Assembly (NCBI RefSeq): GCF_009834535.1
Contig: NC_045696.1
Location: forward strand, 106,580,001-106,644,000
Length of the DNA: 64,000 bases
Origin: Camelus ferus
Taxonomy: Eukaryota
Direction: 5' to 3'
Part shown: positions 13,930 to 26,373 of the stretch, one piece after another
Position numbering within the stretch: the stretch's first letter is position 1
Layout of the letters: the number at the start of each line of letters is the position of its first letter
Translations under genes and position numbers: made by a program
Notes under the pieces: generated by a model
What the model saw: only the letters and a program-made list of their open reading frames with translations
Told to the model about the DNA's origin: nothing
Databases searched by the model: none

Positions 13930-14460
13930 TGGAGCCCACGGCATTCAGCACGGAGGTCTCTCAAGGGGTGGGCATTGTTCTCTCCTCCTGGGCCGGGCCC
14001 AGCGACGCTCCGAGGGTCAGTTGGAAATGAAGCTTCTATTATCTGCGATCTGCCTCACCCTCTAAGCCGGTCCATCCCTACACTGAGGCTCAGCCAAGCA
14101 TGAAGAAAACTAATTGTCCCCACTCTCTGCTCTGCTGCACACCAAACCCCTGCCCGTGCTTCCCCCAGGTCCCCACCAGTCGGAGAAAACCTAGCCCTGC
14201 CGAGGCGGAGGGACCCTGGATCCCAGGGCTGCTCTGCCCCGGACGCGAGCCCCGCAGCAGCCAGGGACTCATCCAGAGCCATCCTCACGCTTCTCCCGGA
14301 GCTGCCGGGCCGGGAAGGGGCGGAGGAAGGGCGAGAAAGCTGATGACTCTGCGTGTTCCCTGTAATTGCAATGGGCATAGGAAAGGGGACTTGATTAATT
14401 TGCCTGATGAATTATGCATCAGCTCCGCAAGCCGCCCTCCCAGCTTCAAAGCTTTATTAT
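13930..14460. promoter_or_regulatory. Small CpG-rich element with GC box and POU/homeobox motif block
   Basis: Locally dense CpGs; GGGGCGGAG at 14317-14325; TTGATTAATTTGC at 14391-14403; ATGAATTATGCAT at 14407-14419. Confidence 0.55.
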
Positions 14461-15239
14461 TCACGTTGCTTGAATCCCACCATCTCTCCCCTCCTCGCCT
14501 GAATGCTGCTTGTCCAACAAGTCTCAGGGAAGCCTTTGGCGCTTGATCGCTATGACCACCTAACAGAGCGCTTCCAGGAAGTGGGCAGAATTAGTGAAAT
14601 GTGAGCTGTATTTAAACACACCCACCCACCTCCATGCACACACAGCTGGAGTAATTCGTCAGTAACAAGCCTACGATTTATGGTGTGAGTGGAAACTCAG
14701 CTGTCTTTTGTAGTCTAGGACAAAAAAAAATTTCAAATACAGAAGTGGCAATTAGTTTGTTAGTCGCGTTTTAAAGTTAACACCACATGAAAGTCTCCTT
14801 TAATAAGGAAAGAGGCAACAACGGACGCCATGACAGTGAGATTAGCTTTACCTGGCTGTTTTCAAGGCCTGTGGATCACAGATTTGATCTCCTAATTTTT
14901 CATCTCTCTGGTCTGTCCCAATCTTAGGTTTACCCAGGGGCCCGTTTCAATCCCTCTTGAGTGGATAGTGGAACCTGGCCTTTCATTAAGGGTCCTGGCA
15001 ACCCCTAAACGATGCTGTCTGCCTTGCTACCCATCTTTCCAGGTGAAGACAGAAAACCCTTTGTTTTATTAATCCAAGCGAAATAAAGGCAACACTTCCT
15101 GCATGAACTAAAGTCAGGGTTGCAGAATCGGGCAGGGCCCAGATTTTTGTGAAGCTTTTTCTGTCAGGCTTGGTCTGAGGGGCAAAGCTAACATGGGAAA
15201 CACATTCAGTTAATGAAATGACTGATTTTTTTAAAAAAC

Positions 15240-15645
15240 ATTTTTTTGTAACAGCTTTATTGAGATATAATTCACAAACCACACAATTCACTCACTAAAG
15301 TACACAATTCAATGGTTTTCAGTATGTTCACAGAGTTGTGCAACTCTCACTGCAATACATTTTACATTTTACATTTTTATCATCCCCCAAAGCATCCGGG
15401 TGCTCCCCCAACTCAAGGTAACCATTTATCTACTTTCCATCTCTGTAGATTTGCCAACGCTGGACATTTCATATAAAAGGAATCATAGAATATGTGGCCT
15501 TTTGTGCCTGACTTTTTTCAGTTAGCATGTTTCCAAGGTTCATCCGTGCGGTAGCATGACTAGGTACTTCCTTTCTTTTTAGGGTCAAATAATATTCTAT
15601 TAGTGGATAAACCACATTTTGTTTAACTGTTCTTCAGTTGGTGGA
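15240..15645 (-). mobile_element. Old L1 3' end (L1MB-like)
   Basis: CAGCTTTATTGAGATATAATTCAC...TTCACAGAGTTGTGCAAC...GGACATTTCATATAAAAGGAATCATA. Confidence 0.85.
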
Positions 15646-16399
15646 GCAATATGATGATTTTGCAATCTTTTATTTGGAGTTTTAATGTTTTCTGTCTTTG
15701 TGGGAAGAATCTCATATCAAGCTGACAAGAAAGGCTTTGGGTAATGGACTAGGCTAGAAGAAGCCAATGGAAAACTCTAAGCAAGAACTAGATTTTATGT
15801 TCTTTCAAGCTGGGGTGAGAGCAGACAGAGCAGTCCTAACGCATCTCCTGTAGCATTCTGAAGAAGCTTTACAAAATGAGCTCTTTTTCTAAGTACTAAT
15901 AAAATAGTGTCTTACATCTTCTCAAAACAGCAAGAATTTTATTTAACAAACATGTATTGAGGAATTCTGTTAGAGTTGCTGGCCTCAAGGACTTAAAAGT
16001 TTAATGAAGAAGCAACAGTGGCAGTTGATGGATGAAAACAAATGACAAACAGTGGTAGAGACGTATGTGCAGGCACAGAGTGAGCTGTTCTGATGGGCAG
16101 GTTGAGAGCCATGTAGCCAGGACGGGTAAACCGCCAGGGAGAACAGAAGCCTGGCTGGAGTCAGGCGGGCCTCAGTCTTACTAAGACTGAGCTTTCAACT
16201 CAACATCTCAATAACGCTGCTCTTCCTCGGAGGAGGCAGCTGCAGTTCCAGCATTGGGCTCTCCCTCTACGCCTCTGTGGACTGAGGACCTTTTTGAGTT
16301 TGCCTGTCTGGGGGCCCTGTATCCCTGGCTGCAGGTAAAACGAGGAGTTGGAGTTGACATTCTGCAATGTCTCCCGAGAAGCAGAGAGCAGAAAAGGGA

Positions 16400-16575
16400 G
16401 ACTTCAGTGTCCTGACTCCACCATTGAGTACGGAGTTAGCTGTGTGGTCTTGGGCAGGTCATCTTATCTCTTCCAGAGGATGGTTCTCTTGTCTGTGAAG
16501 TGGGAAGAACACAACTTACCCATAGACATAGTGTAAAGAAGGAATGAGGTAATGTCCACAAGGTGCCTTTCATTA
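16400..16575 (+). mobile_element. MIR remnant
   Basis: Core AGCTGTGTGGTCTTGGGCAGGTCA...TCTGTGAAGTGGG. Confidence 0.6.
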
Positions 16576-17561
16576 GCAGGGAATAAATAAACACCTTAAG
16601 GCTCTACTAACGCTAGCACTCTCTAGGGGGATGGTGGGTCCAAAGAGTATGTACTGGGTACTTACTGTGTGCCCCAAAGCACAAGAATAAATATGTGATC
16701 AGGGACCTGACCTAGTCTATAGGAAACAGATAGTGACCAGGACAAGATCCTATCACTTCAGCTGGAAGTGGCTGCTGTCACCTCCCACTCCCAGGAGCCG
16801 GTGGCTTGGCCCTCTCCCAGGGTTCTCAGCTCTCTCCCCTTTGGGTTTGATTTATTAGGTCAAGAGTTTTGTCTTCTCCACCAGACTGCGATGTCCTTGA
16901 GGGTGGGGACCATGTCCTTTCATATTTAGAATCTGAGCTTATTGGGGAGTTCCCTCTGAAACCATGCTGCTTCTCTAGTCATCTTTCCTTTTTCTTTGTC
17001 TTTGTAGTTATTTGTGATTTTATAGTTACATTTTCATTTTTTAAAAGCCTCTTAAGCCACATTTCCTTGCAAGGCATAGCTCGACAGCCATGGCTGTCTT
17101 TCCTCAGAATGTTTAGGTGCTTGATTTCCTGAAGTCCCGGGCACCACTTTGGTTACGTGACTGAAGCCATGAGGACATTCCTCACCACCGCTGATTTGTT
17201 TTTTTCTCTCATGCTGATTAGCAAACTTGAAATTAGCAATTGTGTTCATTGTTCCTCTACTTTTAGGACCAAATAGTTGTCAGAAAGGCAAGTCAAATGT
17301 TCTTTCTTGCATAGAACAAGCCTTCCCTCTGAGCTCTAGAGAGCTGAGCCTCTGTTGTTTCTCCATCTTGCCCAAGTGCCAGGGAATCTTGTGTGACAGA
17401 CAGCCACTGACCCATCCAGCTGAGCTCCACCATCTCCAGGTCAGGCTGGGACTCAGCTCCCTTCAGAGAATGAGAGAATGTTTGACCAGTGAAATCCTAC
17501 CTCTAACCTGGAATAGTAAATGAGTTTATGGAGACATTAGTGTGTCAAAAAGGATAATGAA

Positions 17562-18157
17562 GACACATGCACCCCAATGTTCATAGCAACACTATTTTAC
17601 AATAGCCAAGGTATGGAAGCAACCTAAGTGTCCATCGACAGATGACTGGATAAAGAAGATGTGGTGTGTATATATATATTATTCAGCCACAAAAGAGAAT
17701 AAAATAATGCCATTTGCAGCAACATGGATGGACCCGGAGATTGTCATAGTAAGTGAAGTAAGCCAGAAACCTAAAGACAAATACCATGTGATATCACTTA
17801 TATGTGGAATCTTAAAAAGTGACACAAATAAACTTATTTAAAAAACAGAAACAGACTCACAGACATAGAAAACAAATTTGTGGTTACCAGGGGGGAAGGG
17901 GAGGATGGAGGGATAAATTGGGAATTCAGGATTTGCAGATACTAGGTTCTCTATATAAAATAGTTAAACAACAAGGTCCTACTGTTCAATATCTTGTATT
18001 CAATATCTATATTCAATATCTTGTAATGGCCTATAATGAAAAAGAACATGAAAAGGAATATATATGTATGTATTTAGGTATAACTGAATCACTATGCTGT
18101 ACACCAGAAATTAATACAACATTGTAAACCGCTATACTTTAATTAAAAAAAAAAAAG
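17562..18157 (+). mobile_element. 5'-truncated cetartiodactyl-type L1 3' end
   Basis: ORF2 end (PFAATWMDPEIVIVSEVSQ), 3' UTR and A-tail at 18145-18157. Confidence 0.92.
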
Positions 18158-18979
18158 ATAAAGTATGGAAAGGATTGTGGGTGACTCACAGGATTAAGAA
18201 TGAATTCAGATCTCAGAAAACGCAAGAGCCAGGGCAAGAAGTTTGGGAGGCTTTGGCAGCAGGCTCTGGGAACCGCCTCTCTAGGGGCCACCATTATGTT
18301 AACTCCACTCCACTACTCCAGTCTCTGGGTATATAGAAATATTTAAATTTCAGATTCCAGAAGAGAGATGAATTTTGCCCTGCTTGGGTCAAGGGTCTAT
18401 CCTTCCAACAGTCCCCTTCACATAGCACGGATGTAGTCCTGATTTGCCCACCACTTTGTCTGAGAACATTCCTAGAGAAGGGAGATTTGTGAACTGGGAA
18501 GCCGTCACCCTAGTTGGTGTCTGCCGAAGTGGGTGCTCACCTCCGTGCCCCAAACTGGTCAGTGGCAAGCGAGGCAAGGAAAAACTCTACCCAAGACTCT
18601 CTCGCAGGCAATCACTCTTTCGTCTGGTAGAAAGTTACAAGATCAAAGGGGAAAAAAAAATCACCAACCTGTAATTTTCTTGTATTTACGATGCTATCTT
18701 CTTTTACATGCTTACCTAGCATTTTAAGTTCTGTTATTTAACAGGCTAGAAATTCATGAGGCCAAGTATTTATTGCAATACGCAAATTTTATGTACCTAA
18801 ACTGTGCAGCTGGGAATAGGCATTTTCTTAAAACATAGTGCAGCCCTCAAGGAAAAGACTCTAAATCAGAAGCCCCCAGGGATTCTTAACCAAGAGAAGG
18901 GCTCTGGGAGAACTCGTTCCTGGAGGTGCTGTTGGATCAGGGGCAGGGGAGGGCACTCTTCCATTTACGTCTTCACTGA

Positions 18980-19460
18980 CTGGTGAGCACTTACTCTAGG
19001 TCAGGCACTGTGCTAGGCACCTGGGATACCAGAGGTACCCAGACTGATATGTTTTCTGGCCTTAGAGAGCTTATGGTGCACTATTAAACTAGTAATAATG
19101 CTCATCAGGCTCAGACTGGGATGCACAGGGTGTATAGAATTGTAGAGCGAGGTGACCTCACCGAGACAGGGAGGCTTGTTCAGGAAAGGCTGAGATCTGA
19201 GAAAAGATGCCTGAGGCCATGTGGAGTGTAGGGGAAGCGTGTTCCAGGCAGAAGGAACTGCAGGTGCAGAAGCTCTGAGTCGAGAGAGCACAAGATGCAG
19301 CCAAGGAGCTCTGTGAGTCCAGAGCTGCTGACGGGTAGACGGCAGGGGCCAGTGTGGTCAGATGAAGCAGGAACCAGCTCAGGGACAGCTTGAGTTAGAT
19401 CTTTATCCTGGAGGCCTGGAAGGAGGCGGTGGCGGGGGGCGATCACTGGAGTTTTCATGG
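18980..19460 (-). mobile_element. LINE-2 3' remnant
   Basis: GAGCACTTACT...CAGGCACTGTGCTAGGCAC...TTCCAGGCAGAAGGAAC...GTGCAGAAG. Confidence 0.75.
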
Positions 19461-20779
19461 GAACCCGCTACAGAAGACTCGTAAACACCTAGCGAGCCCT
19501 TTTAGGAAAGCTCTTTTGAGAGCTAGCACTTACCTCCCTGAAATGGAGGGGAGGTCTCTGAGAGCCAGGGCAGAGCGCTGCAGACCCCGGAGCAGGGTGG
19601 GGCGGCCAAGGCCAAGGCCAGGCTGAGAGCAGGGCTCAAGGACCTCCTCACAGCCATGTGGGACTCTGTATGCTGACACAGGACAGGCCAGCAGAACCTC
19701 AGGCCAGCCACTCTTTTTTTAAGTGTCTTTGTAAACCACACCGCTGGCCGAGAGCTCCTGTCCTCGTCCGTTCAGGAAAAGCGGCTCCCATCACTGAGAG
19801 AGGTGCCAGGCCCGGGTTCCGAGCCCTGTGCTGTTTGGAGCCCAGGACAGGTCCAGGCTCAGCCCAGCATCCCGCCATCACTGCTGGGGCAGGGTCAACA
19901 GCTGGTCTTCCCTCTACTCTGAAATTCCTTTTCCCCCCCTTGGTTATACCAGAGAGTGACTGACTCACTTTGCAGTTCCCTTCCACTCATTTCTCTGAAG
20001 AGAGCGGCTCTTTGTCTGAGTGGCCAACTTGACTTGTTGTTTTGACACTTATTCATTATTTGTTGAGTCTACATTGGTAAAGCCTCATGTAAGACCTTCG
20101 AGGGAGCGTCAAATGAGTCAGATACAAATCTTGGCTTCAAGGAACTTGCAGAAGACACACTGATTCAGCATCTGTTTACTGAGGACCTGCCACCTCTGGT
20201 CTCTGCGCTGGGCTCCCGAGACACAGTGACGTATGGCCACCCTCCAGGAGCTCCCGTGAAAACACAGAAGTGCACACCAATTTCTGAAAGTGTTGTTATT
20301 TTAAAAGTCAGCCCCTTGGCTCTTTGGAGAGTGAGAGAGAGAGGGCTGCCCTTGCCAGGCAAACACATTGGTCAGTGTGTGGGGTGCAGGCTGAGCCTCC
20401 AGTGCTTTGGCCCATCAGATACCAGGGCTTTCGAGGAAGAAGCAGCTACATGACAGGGGGACGTATCTGGGTGCCAGTCTTCCCAGCACCTTGAACTGAG
20501 GGGTGGTGACAGAGGAGGGCCAGGATGCTCAGTTCAGGGCAGGGTTGGGCTGGGGTGGCAGTGTCAGAAGAGACTTTGACATGTTAGTTATTTAGGATGT
20601 TAGTTAACTGGGCTTCTGGCAGGAGAATGTCTCAGGCAAAGGGAACAGAATATCCACAAATAGAAGACAGGCTAAATAAAATATGAAGTATTGTCATATG
20701 ATGCAATCCCACAGAGTAATGAAAGGCCAATCTCTAAATCTATTTGAATCAGCATGGGCAGGTCTCAAATAACAATGCT

Positions 20780-21352
20780 ATGCCACTATTTATAAGAGCC
20801 AAGATATGGAAGCAACCTAAATGACCATCCACAGATGACTGGATAAAGAAGATGTGGTATATATATGGAATACTACTCAGCCATAAAAAGGAATAAAATG
20901 CAATTTGCAGCAACATGGATGGACCTAGAGATTATCATACCAAATGAAGTAAGTCAGAAAGAGAAAGAAAAATACCATATGATATTACTCATATGTAGAA
21001 TCTAAAAAGATGACACAAATGAATTTATTCACAAAACAGAAACAGACTCACAGACATAAAAACCTTATGGTTAATGGGGGAAAGGTGGGGTTGGACGGAT
21101 AAACTGGGAGCTCAGGATTAGCACATACTAACCACTATATATAAGGTAGATAAACAGCAAGGTCCTACTGTATAGCACAGGGAACTATATTCAATACTTT
21201 TAATAGCCTATATTGAAAAACAACATGAAAAGGAATACAAACACACATACACACACACACAAAACTGAAACACTATGCTGTACACCAGAAACTAATACAA
21301 CATTGTAAATAGACTATACTTCAATTAAAAACATAAAACAGAAACAAAAAAA
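20780..21352 (+). mobile_element. L1 3' end nested in an older L1M fragment (about 20645-21600)
   Basis: L1 ORF2 end and 3' UTR flanked by CAATGCT repeats; the older L1M sequence resumes after the A-tail. Confidence 0.88.
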
Positions 21353-22161
21353 GCAATGCTGGGCTAAAAAGGCGAGTTGCAGCATTAAATGTCTGTATAT
21401 AATACATGCTGTATGTTTATATATATTTATATATGTATATAAATATGTAGAAGCAGATATAAACCTAAAAGGAAAACACACCAAACTCATCAGCATGATT
21501 ACCCCTGGGGAGTAGAGAAGGGATGAGGATGGAAGTGAAGAGGTTTAAACTTTATCTGTGGTGTTCCAGTTTCTCAAAGGAGACCATATTCATGCGTTAT
21601 TTAGGGAATTAGAAATGCGTCCCACCAGGTTAAGACTGGTCAGTGCCCTGGACAAACAGAGATGGAGCTCACAGCACATGAGGGGCGGGAGCGAGCACTT
21701 CCAGCTGGAAAGCGTGGAGGAAATGTCGTGAAGGAGACAGTCCCTGGCTAGAGGAAGGGCAGATCTGGCCCGGCGGCGGTGGTGTGGGCAGAGGGAAGGG
21801 CACGTGCACAGGACAGTGTAAGGTGGAGGATGGGATGAGCTGCAGTTTGCCTGCAATGAGTGCAAGAAAGGGAAGATCTGGGGTCAGGGAGAAAAATTGG
21901 ATTAGGGACCTAGTCACCGGGGCCGGGGTTGCAGGCTTTGGGGCCTTTGGAAGCACATGAGGGGCTCAGTAGGGCTGGTAGCCACAGGCAGTGCGGGAGG
22001 CAGGAATCAGGTCAGGAGGCTATTTGAGTGACCCTGGGGGCAGGCAGGCAGGAGGGGAGGCCAGTGTAAGGCCCGTGGGAGAACAGGATGCCATGGTACA
22101 GATGGAACCTTCTGCGCGCCATACAGTTCAAACCTAAACCCCTATCCAGCTTCTAAGAAAG

Positions 22162-22947
22162 ATGCTCATCTCCACCCTTAAACATGGTGAGACAAAGGAA
22201 ACCAGAAATAAAACAAGAAGAAAACCTACGGAATGGGAGAAAATTTTTGCAAATGAAACCGACAAAGGCTTGATTTCCAGAATATATAAGCAGCTCATAC
22301 GACTCAATAAGAAAAAAATAAACAACCCAATTCAAAAATGGGCAGAAGACCTAAACAAGCAATTCTCCAAGGAAGACATACAAATGATCAAAAAGCACAT
22401 GAAAAAATGCTCAATATCACTAATTATCAGAGAAATGCAAATCAAAACTACAATGAGGTATCACCTCACACCAGTCAGAATGGCCGTCATTCAAAAATCC
22501 ACAAATGACAAATGCTGGAGAGGCTGTGGGGAAAGGGGAACCCTCCTACACTCCTGGTGGGAATGCAGTTTGGTGCAGCCACTATGGAAAACAGTGTGGA
22601 GATTCCTCAAAAGACTAGGAATAGACTTACCATATGACCCAGGAATCCCACTCCTGGGCTTGTATCCAGAAGGAAATCTACTTCAGGATGACACCTGCAC
22701 CCCAGTGTTCATAGCAGCACTATTTACAATAGCCAAAACATGGAGACAGCCTAAATGTCCATCAACAGGTGACTGGATAAAGAAGATGTGGTATATTTAT
22801 ACAATGGAATACTACTCAGCCATAAAAACCGACAACATAATGCCATTTACAGCAACATGGATGCTCCTGGAGAATGTCATTCTAAGTGAAGTAAGCCAGA
22901 AAGAGAAAGAAAAATACCATATGAGATCGCTTATATGTGGAATCTAA
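22162..22947 (+). pseudogene. L1 ORF2p C-terminal fragment (261-aa open frame; ATG comes from flanking DNA)
   Basis: Typical ORF2p C-terminal motifs: [43 protein letters not shown] knuckle [36 protein letters not shown]. No EN or RT domains. Confidence 0.93.
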
Positions 22948-23276
22948 AAAACAAAAACAAAAACGAAAACAAACAAACAAAAACAAAGCGTAAATAAAAG
23001 ACAGAAATAGACTCACAGACAGAGAATACAGACTTGTGGTTACCAGGGGGGTGGAGGGTGGGAAGGGATAGACTGGGATTTCAAAATTGTAGAATAGACT
23101 ACACTGTATAGCACAGGGAAATATACACAAAATGTTATAATAACTCACAGAGAAAAAAATGTGACAATGAGTGTGTATATGTCCATGAATAACTGAAAAA
23201 ATGTGCTGAACACTGGAATTTGACACAACATTGTAAAATGATTATAAATCAATAAAAAATGTTAAAAAAAAAACAG
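22197..23276 (+). mobile_element. Young 5'-truncated LINE-1 (ORF2 3' end, 3' UTR, A-tail)
   Basis: Direct repeat AAACATGGTGAGACAAA at 22180-22196 and 23277-23293 (TSD); TT|AAAC endonuclease-type target; AATAAA at 23251-23256 then A-run; uninterrupted ORF2 C-terminus. Confidence 0.96.
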
Positions 23277-25206
23277 AAACATGGTGAGACAAACAAAACA
23301 AAACAAAACACACACACACACAAAGCAAACAAACAAAAAACCAAAAACAAAACACTGTGGGGCTCGGCGAGCTCTGGAGAATGACACGCTCTTAAAACTG
23401 GTGCTCTCAAGGAACGCCTTCTTTTCCATGAGAAATTCTTTTTAAATTTAAACAACAGGGCTTTGTGCTAACACTAACAAGAGATTATAATATTCCAGTG
23501 GGACTTCCTTTGCTTAACATGAAAATAAACCCGACAGAAGGATTACAAAACTAAACACGAAATATTACAAGAAACACTAATTACCTCTCATTCTTTCTTC
23601 TCACTCACTAAAATGACTGTTTAGACAAACAAAGCAGCAGCGAGAAGGAGGGAGAACTGGAGGGTGTAGGGCTCTGCTAATCCCCGCTGCTTTGATAAAT
23701 CTGAGACGGGACCATCTGACAGCTGAGGAGTGGGAGGGACATTTCGAGGAGCGCTCTGCACTGGGTCACCGCAGGTAACTCCAATTTACCTTTTGAATCA
23801 AACAGCTTTGGGCTGAACATATAATTTGTCCTCCGTGAAGCTGCCTGGAACCCTCCCCTCTCCTTCTCTGGCTGGAGTAATTACCCCTCCTCGGGTCGGG
23901 AGACCCCTGCTCAGTTAGAACACCTGGGCAGAGCGGGCTGTCTGCAGGCGGTAACCTCATCCAGACCAGAGCCCACAGGGAAAACACATTCGGTGCCCAC
24001 CCGGACTAGCCCAGGGCCTGTGCTTATAAGATTTTCCTGAGTGAGAAGTCAATTTGGGGAAGCAGGGGAAAAGAAAGTCAGAGGAAGAAGGAGGAAAAGA
24101 GAATGGGTGGGTGGGTGTTTGGGGAGAATTCTGATGGTCGAAACGTTGTATTCTGGGGTCTGTATAAAGCTGTCCACCCCCTCGTCACAATCATTATTTG
24201 GTCTTTTTCTGCCAAAATGTTTCATCCCCAATATTTGTATTCTGGACCCTGGATTTTAATGCAGTAGATAATTGCCATCCCCTCAACCCATCTTCTATCA
24301 GCTCCTTCTCTTCAGCAACCTTTGGATGGGTCCTTCCAATGCAGGGATTCTCACTAAAAACCCCAGAAGGCCTGTGAGCGCAGCATGAAATGAACAAGAC
24401 GCAGTTTTGGGGCAATCAGCGTGAGCACGTACCTACTCACGTCGGCTGTACACGTAAATAAAATAATTATGAATTACTGGGTCCTCCTGTGCTACCCTTC
24501 CCCACGCCCATCGCACCTTTCTCTCCCTGTGACGGCGGCAGTGGCGGTGACGGGTGTGGAGCTTCCAGCTCTGCCATTGTCCTGGTTGGTTTTGCCTCAG
24601 TGGTTACCTTGCTCCTGCATCGTGTGTTGTCTGTCTCATCTGATCAATGCTGACCAGACGAGTGGCTTCCTGGTCTCAGGGCTGATGTAGTTTTGGGAAT
24701 TCCTAATCCCTCTGTGCATGTTCTTATCCTGTTAATGTTATTGCCCCAATCCTGTAAGTTCTGGGCACATGACTCTCTACCAGGTCGGCCTCTACCTGTG
24801 TGTACCTGAAGTGTCTTCTTCTCAGAGCCCTGTGTTAGACCACATGGGTGTTTTGGTGGAAAGAGGACAGTTTCCAGTCCATGTATTACCTGAAACAGGT
24901 TCCCTCATTTGCATAAAGGCCTTTCTTTTGTTAGAGTTTTTGGCTACATTATCATTTGCCCTTCTTGGATTCAGTGACTTGCTGTTTTGTTTGAACATTT
25001 TATGTTTATCAACTTAACCTGTTACAAATGTTTCTCAAATATGTACTGCTCTAGCCTAGCAAACAAGTACAAGGACCTGGAAACCTAACACAAAATGTGT
25101 GTGTTTAAGCTTTTCACCACCAAAACAAACAAAAGCAAACAACAAATAAACAAACACCATTAGTTTCTGGAAGAATTATATCTGAGTTCATCAAGAGTGA
25201 TTTTTG

Positions 25207-25406
25207 TTTTTAGGTTTTTTTCTTTTTAAAATTTTTTTAAAATTGAAGTACAGCCAATTTCTGGTGTACAGCACAATGTCCCAGTCATGCATATATATAC
25301 ATATATTCATTTTCATATTCTTTTTCATTAAATGCTATTAAAAGATAATGAATATAGTTCCTTGTGCTATACAGAAGAAACCTGTTTTTTTTAAATCCAT
25401 TTTTAT
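25207..25406 (-). mobile_element. Short L1 3' end
   Basis: AATTGAAGTACAG...CTGGTGTACAGCA; TSD GAGTGATTTTTG (25195) / GAGTGATTATTG (25407). Confidence 0.85.
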
Positions 25407-25563
25407 GAGTGATTATTGATTTATAAAATGCTCATTTTCAGGAAGACAATTCTGAAAAAAAAAAAATGTTTGAGGGAACTAAAGGAAGAAAGAAGACAAG
25501 AAAATAAAAGAGATTTGGATCACCAAAATTGGATTACAAAGATTCCACTTAGAAATTAAGGAC

Positions 25564-25636
25564 TTGACCTGGGTTCAATCCCCAGTACCTCCAAAATACA
25601 AAACAAAAAACAAAACAAAACAAACAAAAAACCCCA
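25564..25636 (+). mobile_element. Short retroposon: 3' half of a tRNA-Ala/Vic-1 head plus A-rich tail
   Basis: CCTGGGTTCAATCCCCAGTACCTCCA followed by (CAAAA)n; TSD AGAAATTAAGGAC (25551-25563) / AGAAATTGAGGAC (25637-25649). Confidence 0.82.
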
Positions 25637-25930
25637 AGAAATTGAGGACCTATATGCTAATAAGATTCCAAGGTATATTCCTATCCTGTTTGTTTTAAAC
25701 TAAAGATGGGTCTCCAGAATACACTGTAAGCCTATTTGGGATGAGTATAGTATGACTTAGAGGCAGCAAATAAGAATTAGAACCTTGCAAGGAGAGGGCA
25801 ACCCCAAAGTGTCCCTGAGCGCTAAGACCTGAACAAATAGGTGGGCTGTCAGTTAGTCTACATGCATGCAGGTCTCCTGCCCCACACGTGTTCAGCCCAG
25901 CACCTGAGGGAACTTATGGAAGAAAGTGCC

Positions 25931-26322
25931 TGTTATGGACTGAACAGTGCATGCCTTATGCCACTCCCCCCATGCATGTATTGATGCCCTAACCCCTAAT
26001 TGGATCTATTTGGAGATAAAGCCTGTGAAGAGGTAATTGAGTTTAGATAATATGGATGGGGTCCTAAGCCAGTAAGACTGATGTCCTTATTAGAGGAAGA
26101 GACACTAGGGATGTCTGTGCATAGAGAAAAGGCCACATGAGGACACAGCCAGAAGGCAGCCATCTGCAAGGCAAGGAGAGAGGCCCCAGGAGAAACCAAA
26201 CAAGCCTGCCTCCACCTTGATCTTGGACTTGCACTCTCCAGAACTGTGAGCAAATACATTTCTGTTGTTTAAGCCCCTCTGTCTGGGGTGTTTTGTCAGG
26301 GCAGCCCTAGAAGACTGACACA
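25931..26322 (+). mobile_element. MaLR solo LTR (MLT1A/B-like)
   Basis: TG...CA termini; perfect TSD GTGCC at 25926-25930 and 26323-26327. Confidence 0.92.
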
Positions 26323-26373
26323 GTGCCGAACACTCTTCTCCATCTTGGGGACAACGAGAAGTGCAGAGCTGGT

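Noticed and set aside
14100..14546. 148-aa ORF over the CpG-rich element
   Set aside because: The Pro/Gly/Arg-rich composition is explained by GC content; no recognisable homology.
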